In this document: one piece after another, positions 9,901 through 21,425 of the stretch
Layout of the letters: each line of letters begins with the position of its first letter
How positions within the stretch are numbered: position 1 is the first letter of the stretch
Source of the DNA: Octopus bimaculoides
Taxonomy: Eukaryota
Assembly (NCBI RefSeq): GCF_001194135.2
Contig: NC_068985.1
Location: 124,510,718 to 124,545,115 of the forward strand
DNA: 34,398 bases
Reading direction: 5' to 3'
Position numbers and translations under genes: made by a program
The notes under the pieces: generated by a model
Told to the model about the DNA's origin: nothing
What the model saw: the letters and a program-made list of their open reading frames with translations, nothing else
Database searches by the model: none

Positions 9901-10609
9901 CCAAAAGACGAGATGTTGGAAAAAGTGATCAGAAGAGCAGAACTATTAAAAAAGGCAATCTGTTTCCCAGTTAGATGTCACTGAGAAGTTCCACTAACTG
10001 TTAGATAGTAACAGTTGGTTTACCTAATGTGTGTGCGTGTGTATAATATGTGCATGTTTGTGTATGTATTTGTATGCATATTTGTTCATGTGTATGTGCA
10101 TATATGTGTAGGTACATGTGTGTTTGTATCTGTGCATGTACATCTATGTATACACATGTACTGTATTTAACAATTATGAGTGTTTGTGGTGTCTTTGTAG
10201 GTCTAATTTCTTCCGGTATCTTCTCCCATGTAGTTAGCCACAGTGTTATTTTAATTATCAAAAAAGCAATGTAAACATTGAAACCATCATCCACTACACG
10301 TTGACAGACTCTAAAAAAAAAATACTGTTTACTTCCTTTGACCCCAAACTCATAAAATGTACCCCCACCTAATCTAGCACAGATTTTATGTTCAATTGCT
10401 TCAAATTTTGAAACTTGAAATAAAATCTCAGAGGACTAAAATAAATACTACTTGAAAATACCTAACAATGCTTTGAGAAGATAATATGAAGTGAGCTCAT
10501 GAATGGAAGGGCCTGAAAGATGTATGTTTTATGGAGTTGTGTGAAGAATAAGGATGACAGATTTAGAAATAATACATTTTTAAATTTGAAATCAGTGAAT
10601 GTATTTCAC

Positions 10610-10860
10610 TAGAATTATTATATGTTTACAAGAGCTTGACAGGCATCTTCGACTAGCAGATCATGCTACTCCAGACTGATGACGAGCAAAGACTCAGAAA
10701 CATGTCTCTGGATGCAGGCTTAGCTGGGTGGAGGTGCTTGTCTCTCCCCCTTGTAAACATAAGGACACAGGAAACATGTCAAGGCGGACAGGAAGCGGTG
10801 CAGCTTCCGAGGTTTAACCAACAGTAGTATTTTTCCCTTCAGGGGACTGTCACATTAAGT
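10610..10860 (+). mobile_element. Penelope-like terminal fragment carrying a hammerhead motif
   Basis: CpG-retaining block that contains the motif at 10670-10712 and abuts the truncated end of the Tc1-like element. Confidence 0.5.
10670..10712 (+). ncRNA. Minimal type I hammerhead ribozyme motif with palindromic stem III
   Basis: TCCAGA-CTGATGA-CGAG(CAAAGA)CTCA-GAAA-CATG-TC-TCTGGA. Stem I is a perfect 6 bp, the core CUGAUGA/GAAA/UC is intact, and ACATGT is a palindrome. Confidence 0.75.
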
Positions 10861-10867
10861 CTTCCAG

Positions 10868-11262
10868 CAGCCACCCTCTTGACCTAGGGCAACACTACCT
10901 CCTCCAGGCACTTAATGTAGGCTTCCGTGTTGAGTCCGAGGCTGTGTGGGAAGATAAATGGAGGCATAACATCACCATCACTTGTGATCACTCCAAACAC
11001 CATGATGTTGACTGGATGTTTGATTTTTATCACTCTCGGTACATGAACTCAGATTGACACTCAAACACTCTGAAATGTTTGTATTAGAGCTTCCAGTGTG
11101 AATTCCAAGCAGTACAGCATGTCATTTTCAAATTTCTGGCAGAGTGAATTGCGTCATGGTGCTGTTTTTCTCACAGAGGGTGCCCAACTGACCCTACTAT
11201 ACTGTGTAGTCTACAAAATCAAAAGTAAACAATGCGCATGCACAAAATTAAAAATATAGAAT
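10868..11262 (-). mobile_element. Tc1/mariner (maT/DD37D-like) transposon, internally deleted and 3'-truncated
   Basis: The N-terminal remnant MTQFTLPEI*K*HAVLLGIHTGSSNTNISECLSVNL (ATG 11157) is joined to the catalytic segment VPRVIKIKHPVNIMVFGVITSDGDVMPPFIFPHSLGLNTEAYIKCLEEVVLP*VKRVAAGR. Confidence 0.75.
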
Positions 11263-11273
11263 GTATATATATA

Positions 11274-11432
11274 TGACAGGCTTCTTTCAGCTTCCGTCTA
11301 CCAAATCCACTCACAAGGCTTTGGTCAGCCTGAGACTATAGTAGAAGACGCTTGTACAAGGTGCCATTCAGTGGGACTGAACCTGCAACCATGTGATTGG
11401 GAAGCAAGCTCCTTACCACACAGCCACACCTG
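11274..11432 (-). mobile_element. SINE family B, 5' half
   Basis: Reverse-complement homology to 2255-2415. Confidence 0.8.
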
Positions 11433-12059
11433 TACTTATATATGTTAGTAATTATTTTAAATTTGGGTATAACTAAGCAAAACCAAGTTTAATAAGCAAG
11501 GCACTTTTTGAAAAGCCACTCAACGAGACACATCTGCACCGAATGATGCACCACAACCAGTTGGTCAGAATCTCGCCCACAAGATACCAATACAAGATGG
11601 ATCAAAATAATTGTAATGATTAATAAAGAATTTCGTGAATTCCATTTTCTCTTCCTCTCATTTGTTATATGTTTGTATGTATGCGCACACACATACACAT
11701 AATGGTTAATACAAATTTCTCCATCTCTAACATTATGGTAATATTCTTTACAAAAACACAGTTTTATTGTTTTGTTTCCTTTTATCTATGTGTGATGTCT
11801 AACATTTAGATGTAACCTTGTCTTAATCAGCACCTGTATGAGTGTGATTTCACATCTTCTATCTCCTCTCTGTCACCATCTTTCTATTAATTATTCACAC
11901 ATTTCACTCACATCAGCTAAAGGACAGTCTTCTAGATGTCAAACAAAAGGCTTTCAGAGGCCAGTAATAATTAATCTGCTGAGATCTAGTATTAATAATG
12001 TATGATGAATATATATATATCAGAACTCTTTTCACAGCTTCATAGTCGTTAATATCATT

Positions 12060-12241
12060 TTCACACATTAAATAATAGTAAAATGTATGCATGTGTATGT
12101 GTGTGAGTGTGTGTGTATGTATATGTATTTGTAAGTATATATGTGTGTATATGTATATATATTTATGTCTATGTATATGTGTACATATGTATGTATATGT
12201 ATATATTTATATGGTTATATTTAGGTATATGTATGTATATA

Positions 12242-12283
<42 letters not shown>

Positions 12284-12320
12284 CATGTGTGTGAAAATAA
12301 TATATATATGCACACACACA
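12060..12320. repeat. Degenerate (TG)/(TA) microsatellite field
   Basis: Low-complexity ATGT/GTAT/AT repeats. Confidence 0.9.
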
Positions 12321-12519
12321 ATTGAGAGTCAAAGCTTTTATTAAATATGACACTATTTTGCTTAAACAGTTGCCAGATTTGTAGTTTTTTATATGAAGAG
12401 AATGTTATAAATAATACATGTGTGTGTGTGTGTGTATCCTTGTCTTGACACTGTGTAACAGTTGTAAATGAATAACACTGTCACACAAGCAGTTTCGTTC
12501 ATTTCCAATATTCTGTGAA

Positions 12520-12645
12520 ACATGGGGAAAAAGCAGAGGGTTGGTGACATGAAGTACATCCAAATGTAGAAAATCTGCCTCACTAAACTCTGTCCAACCC
12601 ATTCTAGTGTGGAACATGGACATTAAAGGATGATGATGATAATGA
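12520..12645 (+). mobile_element. Family A-related 3' fragment, diverged
   Basis: GTCCAACCCAT...GGACATTAAAGGATGATGATGAT. Confidence 0.55.
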
Positions 12646-12852
12646 TATATATATATATGTATGTATATCTATGTATGTATGCTGTCTTCCGCAGAGTTTC
12701 TAACTAACAAATGCCACTCACAAATCATTAATCAACCTGTGAACACATTTGCACAAGGTGCCAGAACATCGTGGCTTACAAAGCAAACTCCTTTTCTCTT
12801 AGATTTTCCCCAGACATTGGCACATAAAAAGCAGCATTCGAGCATGGTCGAT

Positions 12853-13036
12853 GCCAGTAGCACGTAAAAATCACCCACTACACTCTCGGAGTGGTTGGCG
12901 TTAGGAAGGGCATCCAGCTGTAGAAGAAACACTGCCAGATCAGATTGGGGCCTCGTACAGCCTTCTGGTTTCCCAGACCCCAGTCGAACCTTCTAACCCA
13001 TGCCAGCATGGAAAACGGACGTTAAACGATGATGAT
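12853..13036 (+). mobile_element. SINE-like repeat family A
   Basis: Homologous to 5381-5573. Confidence 0.8.
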
Positions 13037-13713
13037 ATACATATACATACATANNNNNNNNNNNNNNNNNNNNNNNNNNNNNNNNNNNNNNNNNNNNNNN
13101 NNNNNNNNNNNNNNNNNNNNNNNNNNNNNNNNNNNNNNNNNNNNNNNNNNNNNNNNNNNNNNNNNNNNNNNNNNNNNNNNNNNNNNNNNNNNNNNNNNNN
13201 NNNNNNNNNNNNNNNNNNNNNNNNNNNNNNNNNNNNNNNNNNNNNNNNNNNNNNNNNNNNNNNNNNNNNNNNNNNNNNNNNNNNNNNNNNNNNNNNNNNN
13301 NNNNNNNNNNNNNNNNNNNNNNNNNNNNNNNNNNNNNNNNNNNNNNNNNNNNNNNNNNNNNNNNNNNNNNNNNNNNNNNNNNNNNNNNNNNNNNNNNNNN
13401 NNNNNNNNNNNNNNNNNNNNNNNNNNNNNNNNNNNNNNNNNNNNNNNNNNNNNNNNNNNNNNNNNNNNNNNNNNNNNNNNNNNNNNNNNNNNNNNNNNNN
13501 NNNNNNNNNNNNNNNNNNNNNNNNNNNNNNNNNNNNNNNNNNNNNNNNNNNNNNNNNNNNNNNNNNNNNNNNNNNNNNNNNNNNNNNNNNNNNNNNNTAA
13601 CACACTTATTGCAGCAGTCCTTCAGTTTTCCTAAGCCCTGTAAAAGAACTCAGACAGTTGGGCCTCCATCCAGGCCTTTCACGATACCCTTAAAGCCAGG
13701 AACTTTTCAGCAC

Positions 13714-13718
<5 letters not shown>

Positions 13719-13782
<64 letters not shown>
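13719..13782. repeat. (AT)n(AG)n compound microsatellite
   Basis: Direct inspection. Confidence 0.95.
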
Positions 13783-13783
<1 letters not shown>

Positions 13784-14384
13784 TTTGATATTTTGTTTTA
13801 TCTTTATGTGATTTATTTAATTTTGTAATGTTATTTTTTCCTTCAACTTTTGCAGATCTAACCAATTTAATCGACTGATTCTCTTGTAGAGAGATGTGGC
13901 CTGACAGATGTTTCTGCCACAGTTACATCATCACTGCATCTGTTGACTACACATTAACTTATAACACAGTCATAAATATAAAGAGACCAAAGTTGTTACT
14001 TACTTACTTAGAAAACGGATATCTTTTCCACAAAACAAAATGACTGGCCGATGTCGGAGGAATTTGAGCATCATTTCTTTGCAAGTGTAATCATCAATTT
14101 TAAATATCTATGTTTATTTGTTTTCTATCTTTCTACATTGATTTTTTTTAAGTGTGTGTGTGTGTGTGTGTGTGTGTGCACGCGCGCACTTGCATGCACG
14201 CTCACACAAAAACACATGGATCCATTTGTTTAATACTAAAGCCTTGTTGCATTTCATTGGTTCTTTAAATTTACTTTTCTTTATTCATCCACATACACAT
14301 TTTAGAAAATTAAAATATTGAGACAGAACTGATTAATGATGTTAACACTATATCAAAAATTTCCTTTTTTTTTTTATAAATACA

Positions 14385-15480
14385 TATATTTATCAAACTT
14401 GAGCTTAGTTAAAATATGTTTGTGGCATATTTCAGCTTCATGTCATTGTTAGGCAAAATACCACACAGACTGTTGGAGAGCAACCAAAAATGGTGATAAT
14501 CTATATCATTATATCAGGAGAATATGGTGCTGCAGACCTTCCCAGTTGAGCTCTTGAAAAGCATTGGGAGTGGGATGAGCATTGTCAAGTTGAAGAAGCA
14601 GATCAGACCGCCAGTCAGGTTGTTTCAGATGGATTGCATCATTAGGCTGGTGCATTTCCTGAGCATAAAGCTCTGCATTGACCATGTTATTTTTATGCAT
14701 TTCATAATGGGTTAACCCTTCCCAGTTCTTCCAAATGCAGTTCATTGGTTTGTGTAGATACATCTCTGGTGTGGTTCAAGGTGATGCTTGCTTGTCAGGA
14801 CCTAGCCATTCTTTCCGCTGCTTTGTATTGACATATTTCATCCCAGTGACAATCAGTAAATAACTTTCTGTTTGTATCCACAAGTAGCCTGGTGTCAAGC
14901 AAGCAAACTGACAATAATAGAGGTACACTGAAGTGTGTCTCTTTTGTTCAGAGCATATGACATCTGTGCATCGAGATTTTGGACCTTACCCATCAAGTGA
15001 AGGGGATGAGTGGCAGAATCATGAGAGCATCTTGTCTGCTGGACCAATTTCCAAGTGAATTTGTGTAGATCTTCATTCAGTCAATCCTCAATGAGTAGAA
15101 CAGGGCAACCAGCACACAGAAAGTCTGGGAGGCTGAATTTCCCTTCCTTGAACAGTGAAGACCATTTCTGGGCAGTTCTTTCAGTAATAGCATCTTCTCT
15201 ATACACATCATAAATATCTTGAGTGACTTTGGCAGCTTTAGAAACTTGACGGAAAGTGAAGAGAAGCAGGCATTGAAAATGCTCATTTTCTTCTTCTTGG
15301 CACTCCATCATCATATGTCTGAATAGAGGTGAAATTTATTCAGATTTTCAACAGTGATAAGCACAAGTTGTAGAGAAAGAATAGAGCTACAGAAAACCAT
15401 AAAATTCTACGATGAAGATATTGTCCATGTTAATTCAAATAGCATTGGAAAGAAATAAATGAATTTATCTGACAACCCCT
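14385..15480 (-). mobile_element. Decayed mariner transposon (transposase pseudogene)
   Basis: HTH remnant MECQEEENEHFQCLLLFTFRQVSKAAKVTQDIYDVYREDAITERTAQKW..FKEGKFSL. Catalytic remnants LLQLDNAHP, ELNWEGL.H, PYSPD and DYHHF..LSNSL. TIR-like GGGTTGTCAGATAAATTCATTT at ~15458-15479. Multiple stops and frameshifts. Confidence 0.88.
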
Positions 15481-16081
15481 GCATTCCTTATCTGGTTATG
15501 GTTTTGGAAGATAAGTCTCCAAGAAGAATGTGTGTGTGTGAGTGTGTGTCTGTGTGTGTGTATAAAAATATTCCTAAATTCAAACTATAATACTAAATAT
15601 GAAGTATGGCTAAGTTCCAATTATCATAAAAATGTTGATCTAATACATAAATCAGCATACGACTAATATTTTGATTTTAGATAAGCACATTTCCTATATC
15701 CTTATATATTAACAGATGTCACTGTTAAACAAGTCATGAGTGCATTTCCCACATGCATTGAATATTGTGTCATAAAGACAGAATGATTGCTACTTTATGC
15801 TTAGTCATATAAGTCAGTAGTCTGTGTGCATGAGTTGCATCGTTTGTATTTGGTAATTTTTAGCAACCTAATTTGCTTAATGTAAGTATAAAATAGTAAT
15901 AATGAATATGTCTGTTCTAGAACATGTGTACAGTTAAACATGAAATATGCTGGAAGCAACATGATCCATGTGTACAGGTGTTAAAATAAATATCCATCTG
16001 AGACTCTATGTAGATTTTGTGATTTCCATTACATTCATTTATGATTACGACATAACCTGAGTATTTACTTATGGCATATAC

Positions 16082-16112
<31 letters not shown>

Positions 16113-16115
<3 letters not shown>

Positions 16116-16720
16116 CTTTGAGCCTAAGTTCTTCTCGAGAGAGTTCAAACTTGTTGCTAACAAAACAGCAAGACTTTTTGAGTTAAGAGAGTTCCCAGTG
16201 TTTGTAAATATGTGGCTGAACTGTCGATGCGTGCATCAAGATGTTTGCATCTATTCACATAAAAAAGTTTCACATGGAGAATTTTTGGAATGTCTTACAC
16301 ATCTTCACTGTGCCACTAATAAATTGGATTTGGGAAACCTACATCAGTTCCTTTTGTTTCTTTTTGTGAATCCAGGTTGTCTAGGATTTTGTGCGAATTT
16401 GTTGATGCATAACTTAATGCACCTTTGATGATAGGTACTTTTTCCTGGACTTTTGATTGTATATTCACATCTTCTGGGCAGCTGACCCCTACAACAGTGC
16501 ATGACTTTAGTTCCCTGTCCCACTGAACTATATCAGGTCAGTTATGTTTGCACAGAATTGATGTTTTTATTGAGTGTGCCATCAGTAGTCCTTGTTTGTA
16601 AAAGTGTGAATACCTAATTGCTGATTCTGACATACCTTGGATGTATATGCCAGGGCACTCCTTCCTGTGGATAGCATTGTAAATAGTCTTTGCAACTATA
16701 TCATGCCTCAGGGGCAAGTA
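16113..16720 (-). mobile_element. R4/Dong-type non-LTR retrotransposon, 5'-truncated 3' end (restriction-like endonuclease domain)
   Basis: YLPLRHDIVAKTIYNAI...HN*PDIVQWDRELKSCTVVGVSCPEDVNI..K.QEK...PIIKGAL...QIQFISGTVKMCKTFQKFSM* matches the RHD and PD-(D/E)xxK-type RLE motifs. The 3' UTR abuts (AC)n. Confidence 0.78.
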
Positions 16721-16904
16721 TGTATGTGTATGCATGTGTGAATGTGTGTGTCAACAAACACACATTGACACACATAACTGAATGGAAAGTGGAATTGATT
16801 ACTTTTATGAAAAGGTAACCCATTACTTAAGCCACTCAACCATCTCACACCCTCTGCATCCACTCCTAGTACCCATTTAGGATACATATATATATATATA
16901 TATA

Positions 16905-17068
16905 TTCTCTGAGTGGTTGGCGTTAGGAAGGGCATCCAGCTGTAGAAACTCTGCCAAATTAGATTGGAGCCTGGTGTAGCCATCTGGTTTCACCAGTCCT
17001 CAATCAAATCGTCCAACCCATGCTAGCATGGAAAGCGGACGTTAAACGATGATGATGATGATGATGAT
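16905..17068 (+). mobile_element. SINE-like repeat family A (5' truncated)
   Basis: Near-identical to 5418-5573. (GAT)n tail. Confidence 0.85.
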
Positions 17069-17077
17069 ATATATATA

Positions 17078-17250
17078 CCGGTGCCAGTGGCATGTAAAAA
17101 GCACCCTTGGCATTATGAAGGGCATGATGCAGCTGTAGAAATCTTGCCAAATCAGATTGGAGCCTTCTGGTTTGCCAGTTCTCAGTCAAACCGTCCAACC
17201 CATGCCTACATGCAAAGTGGACATTAAACAACAATGATAATGATGATGAT
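17078..17250 (+). mobile_element. SINE-like repeat family A, diverged copy in tandem
   Basis: GGTGCCAGTGGCATGTAAAAAGCACCC...CCGTCCAACCCATGC...GATGATGAT. Confidence 0.7.
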
Positions 17251-18514
17251 ATATAGTATATACACACATGCAGCATAGAAAGTGGACATAAAGTAATAAT
17301 AAACGTATGTGTGTATGCATATATATGTATATATACACTGTGCTGCAAAATATAACTATAGATTTTTATTTAGCTTGTACTGTATTAGCTAAAAAAAATC
17401 TATATTTGTGGCCTTTAGTACAGTACAGCATTGAAAAATCATTGTTAACGCATCAGTAATTTACAAATACACACACACACACATGTACACATACATGCAA
17501 ACAGATGCACATACTCATATAACTTAACTTTGAGCTTACTCGTTCTTGTCCATTTCTATTTAGCTGTTCTCAGTTTAATGCTGGATGAAGCATCATCATG
17601 CCATTGCCAACTTAAATATGTTCGTTATAGGCTTATCTGCCTGTGCTGACTAAATGTGAGTTGGACTGGGCATTTCCAAAGTAAGCCAATTAACCCTGAC
17701 CATCAGCATGTGCACAGAATGTGATGTCAGAATGCAAAGTGCCAGAATAACTGCCACATGCTATTTCATACAATATTCTAGCAATTATGATAATCTGCTG
17801 CCCTTCACTGGCACTGTATTTATCAACCCCAAAAGGATGCAAAGCAAAGTTGACCTCAACCAGATTTGAGCAGAGAATTGGAAGAAATAAGATGAAAAAG
17901 TTTCACTAGACTTTACTCATTTCATTCTTAGTTATTTCTGAATTAGTGTCCAGCAGTATTTAGTTATGTCCTTTCTCATTCTAAGTTCAAATCCAGATTT
18001 GTATTTCATCTTTCCAAAGTTGATTAAAGTATAAATCACTTACTAGTGGCTAATGTAATCTACTGCTCCCTTCCCCCAAAGTCAGAAACCACCATTATTA
18101 ACCTTTTATTCTCTTCAGTTGCACTTAGCAGTGTATAAGAAATCTTACATGTATATATTCTAAGCAGAAATTCTAGTGCCATTGTACTAAACCTTCTTTC
18201 ACTTAATTGTAGGCTATCCTCTCTAGTGGCTGCTAGATATTTTTGCAGCATAGTCATTATCCACTTCAGCTCCTCTCCATATCCAACTACCTAATCTTTG
18301 AGTACCACTCAACCACCTAAACTTCAAGTACCACTTAACTACCTAAAATTTACACACCACTATTCTGGTAATGTTTGTTTATCTGACTGATTGCTTGAAT
18401 GTCCTCCTGTAAAATTTTTCAAAAATTGTTTCTTTGAAGTTTTATTTTTATTGATATAACGACAACAACAACAACAACAATAATAATAATAACAATAATA
18501 ATTGTCTCAAATTT

Positions 18515-18660
18515 TCCCACAAGAGCAGACATTTTGGGGGAGGGGATGTGTCGATTATATCGACCCAGTGTTCAACTGGTACTTAATTTATCAACCCAGA
18601 AAGGATGAAAAGCATGATCGACATCGGCAGAATTTGGACTCAGAACATAGTGGCAGACAT
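18515..18660 (+). mobile_element. SINE-like family D fragment
   Basis: CAACTGGTACTTAATTTATCAACCCAGAAAGGATGAAA...AATTTGGACTCAGAAC. Homologous pieces at ~4140-4205 and ~17810-17875. Confidence 0.6.
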
Positions 18661-18769
18661 AGATATTGCTGATGAAAATACTTTGTAAATACAGGCATCA
18701 TATGCAGGGAAACTGTTTTCCTTTTGCTTTTATAAACTTTTCAATTTGATAGTGAGTCAAATCATTCAC

Positions 18770-18880
18770 TTGTTCATTTAATGTCCATTTTTCAGTGCAA
18801 ACAAGGCTTGGATGGGAATTGATTTTGAGGCAGGATTTTACAACCAGATGCTCTTACTGTCACCAACTCTCACCTTTTTT
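18770..18880 (-). mobile_element. Family A-related fragment, highly diverged
   Basis: CATTTAATGTCCATTTT...GGCAGGATTTTACAACCAGATGC. Confidence 0.45.
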
Positions 18881-19004
18881 TTTCAAATAAGAGGTTTTAT
18901 ATTCCACAAGTTTTCAAAACTGTAGAGCCAACAAGAAAAGTCAGTATCAGTTCTACTTTTCTCAAATGGTGACTAACGAAATAACCGTCATAAGGCACAC
19001 ACTC

Positions 19005-19165
19005 ACACACAATGCCTTGATAGAGTTTTTGTCTACTAATTCCACTCAGAAGGCATTGCTGGTCAGCGTGTGATGATGATAGAAGACATTTTTATTGTCA
19101 TCCCAGTGGGACTGAACCTGAAACCATGTAGTTCTGAAACAATCTTCTTACCCGCACAGCCATGC
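19005..19165 (-). mobile_element. SINE family B, degraded
   Basis: CTACTAATTCCACTCA...TAGAAGACA...CAGTGGGACTGAACC...CACAGCCATGCC. Confidence 0.6.
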
Positions 19166-20679
19166 CAGGATGTGGGTTGTTGTTGTTTAGACTGTGTTCA
19201 ACTCAACCAGATCTATTATCAAAGGTATCTGTGACCATTCTTTCTTTTTAATGATGTATCTAGAACTACATCAGCTAAATATGTCTTTTATTTAAGATGG
19301 CAGAATGTGATTTTCTCGAAGATTTGATTACTATTTCTAGCAACTTAATCATCCATACTGAGGCTTCTTGTTGGTTCATTAGTGTGGTATAGAGTATTGT
19401 GGGCTCAACTAGAATGTAACCTTACTTGTAACTATTCTGCTTGTTACTCAGTTTACTTTTCCTGCATTATTTCTCTCAGAATTTTATTATTTTGTCATAC
19501 CAGCCCTGTATATATACTTTATACATATATGTATGTTCTTTACTCTCTATCTAACAGATATGTGTTTCAATATGCTTCACTGAAGTGGTCAAATAAGACA
19601 GAAACATGGCCAGTGTAGTCAGTGTGTCTGCCTATGGTCACACTATTCTTCCTCTCACATAATTGCATATTTCTATTTTTAATTAATTGTTACTCTGGTG
19701 CATGGTGCATTTGTTTCATTGATTTCAGCATTATTCAACAATGTCTATCCTCTCATTGGCACTGATATAGCCTTGATTAATTAAAGTTATCATGCTCACC
19801 CTATTGTGTTAGTCTTCACTAGTCTTCCTTGTAGTTCACAGCTGCTAGCAGTCTAATGATTATTATTACATATTCTGCATAGTTTAATGCACATAACTAT
19901 TCTTGTTAATGATTTAACATTTTCACAGTATACACCTACTGACAATGCTGTGTAGATATCTATAAGTTAACCCTTTCATTATCTAAAAGATTGCCTGCTG
20001 CCATTTCTCAGTAATAATAAGCATTACCTTATAGCTAACTTCTGTAACTGCAGTTCCTCTTATCAATAAGTTAAGGTGGTAGACCATGCATGAAATAGAT
20101 AGAAAGAAAAAGAAGAGAATCCAGTTTCTTTGTTGTTAAGTTAAGCCTTGTGAGTACTGTTTCAACAGATTGATGGATTCAGAGATAACCTTAGTTAATA
20201 TATTTAGGAGTAATCCACTAGTCTGTCATCATTGTGGCTGTCTTAAACGTATATGATGAATATTTTATATTCTATCAGCAATATGACCGAGAAATTACCT
20301 CAGGAGAGTATTATATTCTACATGCTAAACACACATCTGGTAGAATCTCATATTCAATGTAATAAATCAAAATACTTTGATTAGCTATGCAGTTATTAAA
20401 CAAAAACTCCTTCTAAGGGTTATTAAATTTTATAAGCTTGAAAGAAATATAACTCAACTAATTACAATATTGATAAAAAATCAAGACAGTACATTTAAGA
20501 ATAGATCTTGTCTTTAATGCCACCTAGACAACAAGCATTTTTGTGGGTTTTAGACTTACTCAGTGAAGCATATTCTACACACTTGACAAATTTTAGAAGT
20601 AGTTTGTGTGTGTATATATCACTGATGTATGTGTGTGTGTGTATATATATATATATATTGTGATTGAACCAAATTCGAT

Positions 20680-21100
20680 GACTGGCACTTGTGCCAGTGG
20701 AGCGTGATCATTGCCAGAGCAGCTGTCTGGCTTCTGTGCCAGTGGCACGTAAATAGCACCTTTTGGGCATGATCATTACAAGCATCACCTTACTGGCACT
20801 TGTGCAGGTGACACATGAAAAAACATTCGAGTGTGGCCATTGCCAGTACCGCCTGACTGGCCCTCGTGCCGGTGGCACGTAAAAGCACCCACTACACTCT
20901 CAGAGCGGTTGGCACTAGGAAGGGCATCCAGCTGTAGAAACNNNNNNNNNNTCAGAGCGGTTGGCACTAGGAAGGGCATCCAGCTGTAGAAACTCTGCCA
21001 GATCAGTTTGGAGCCTGGTGCAGCCATCTGGTTCGCCAGTCCTCAGTGAAATCGTCCAACCCATACTAGCATGGAAGGCAGACGTTAAATGATGATGATC
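20680..21100 (+). mobile_element. SINE-like repeat family A, long form (spans a 10-N gap)
   Basis: Four GTGC..GTG(G/A) modules, then the common body. About 42 nt are duplicated across the gap. Confidence 0.8.
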
Positions 21101-21289
21101 ATCATCATCATATCACTGATAACACTTTTTTCTGAAGTATATATGTATATTGAGTTCTATCGATGTTAAGATTATGTATATATATATCAATATCACAGTT
21201 ATACTATCAGATGTTGTACACCTCTGGCCACAATGTGCCTCCTCATATTATTGCTTGTAGCTTTCAAATGATGCCACCTTATTGGCTAG

Positions 21290-21425
21290 GCAGACAGGCA
21301 AGTCAACGTTCCCCCTGAAGGGAATGCCAGTCCATCACAGGGTTACCCATTTACAGCTAAGTGGACTGGAGTAGCTTGAAATGAAATGTTTTGCCCAAGA
21401 ACACAACACATCACTTGTCTAGGAC
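21290..21425 (-). mobile_element. SINE family C, central fragment
   Basis: Reverse-complement homology to 6790-6900. Confidence 0.6.

Noticed and set aside
13831-13960. Strong acceptor TTTTTTCCTTCAACTTTTGCAG at 13855
   Set aside because: No convincing donor or reading frame downstream, so I cannot support an exon.
14524-14715. + strand ORF; likewise 16090-16428
   Set aside because: These are antisense to the mariner and RLE-LINE remnants.
17630-17679. Possible micro-exon AYLPVLTKCELDWAFPK ending at GTAAGC
   Set aside because: The acceptor is weak and the peptide is not recognised. This is expected by chance in 34 kb.
20899-20992. Duplicated ~42 nt around a 10-N gap
   Set aside because: Most likely an unmerged contig overlap inside a SINE.
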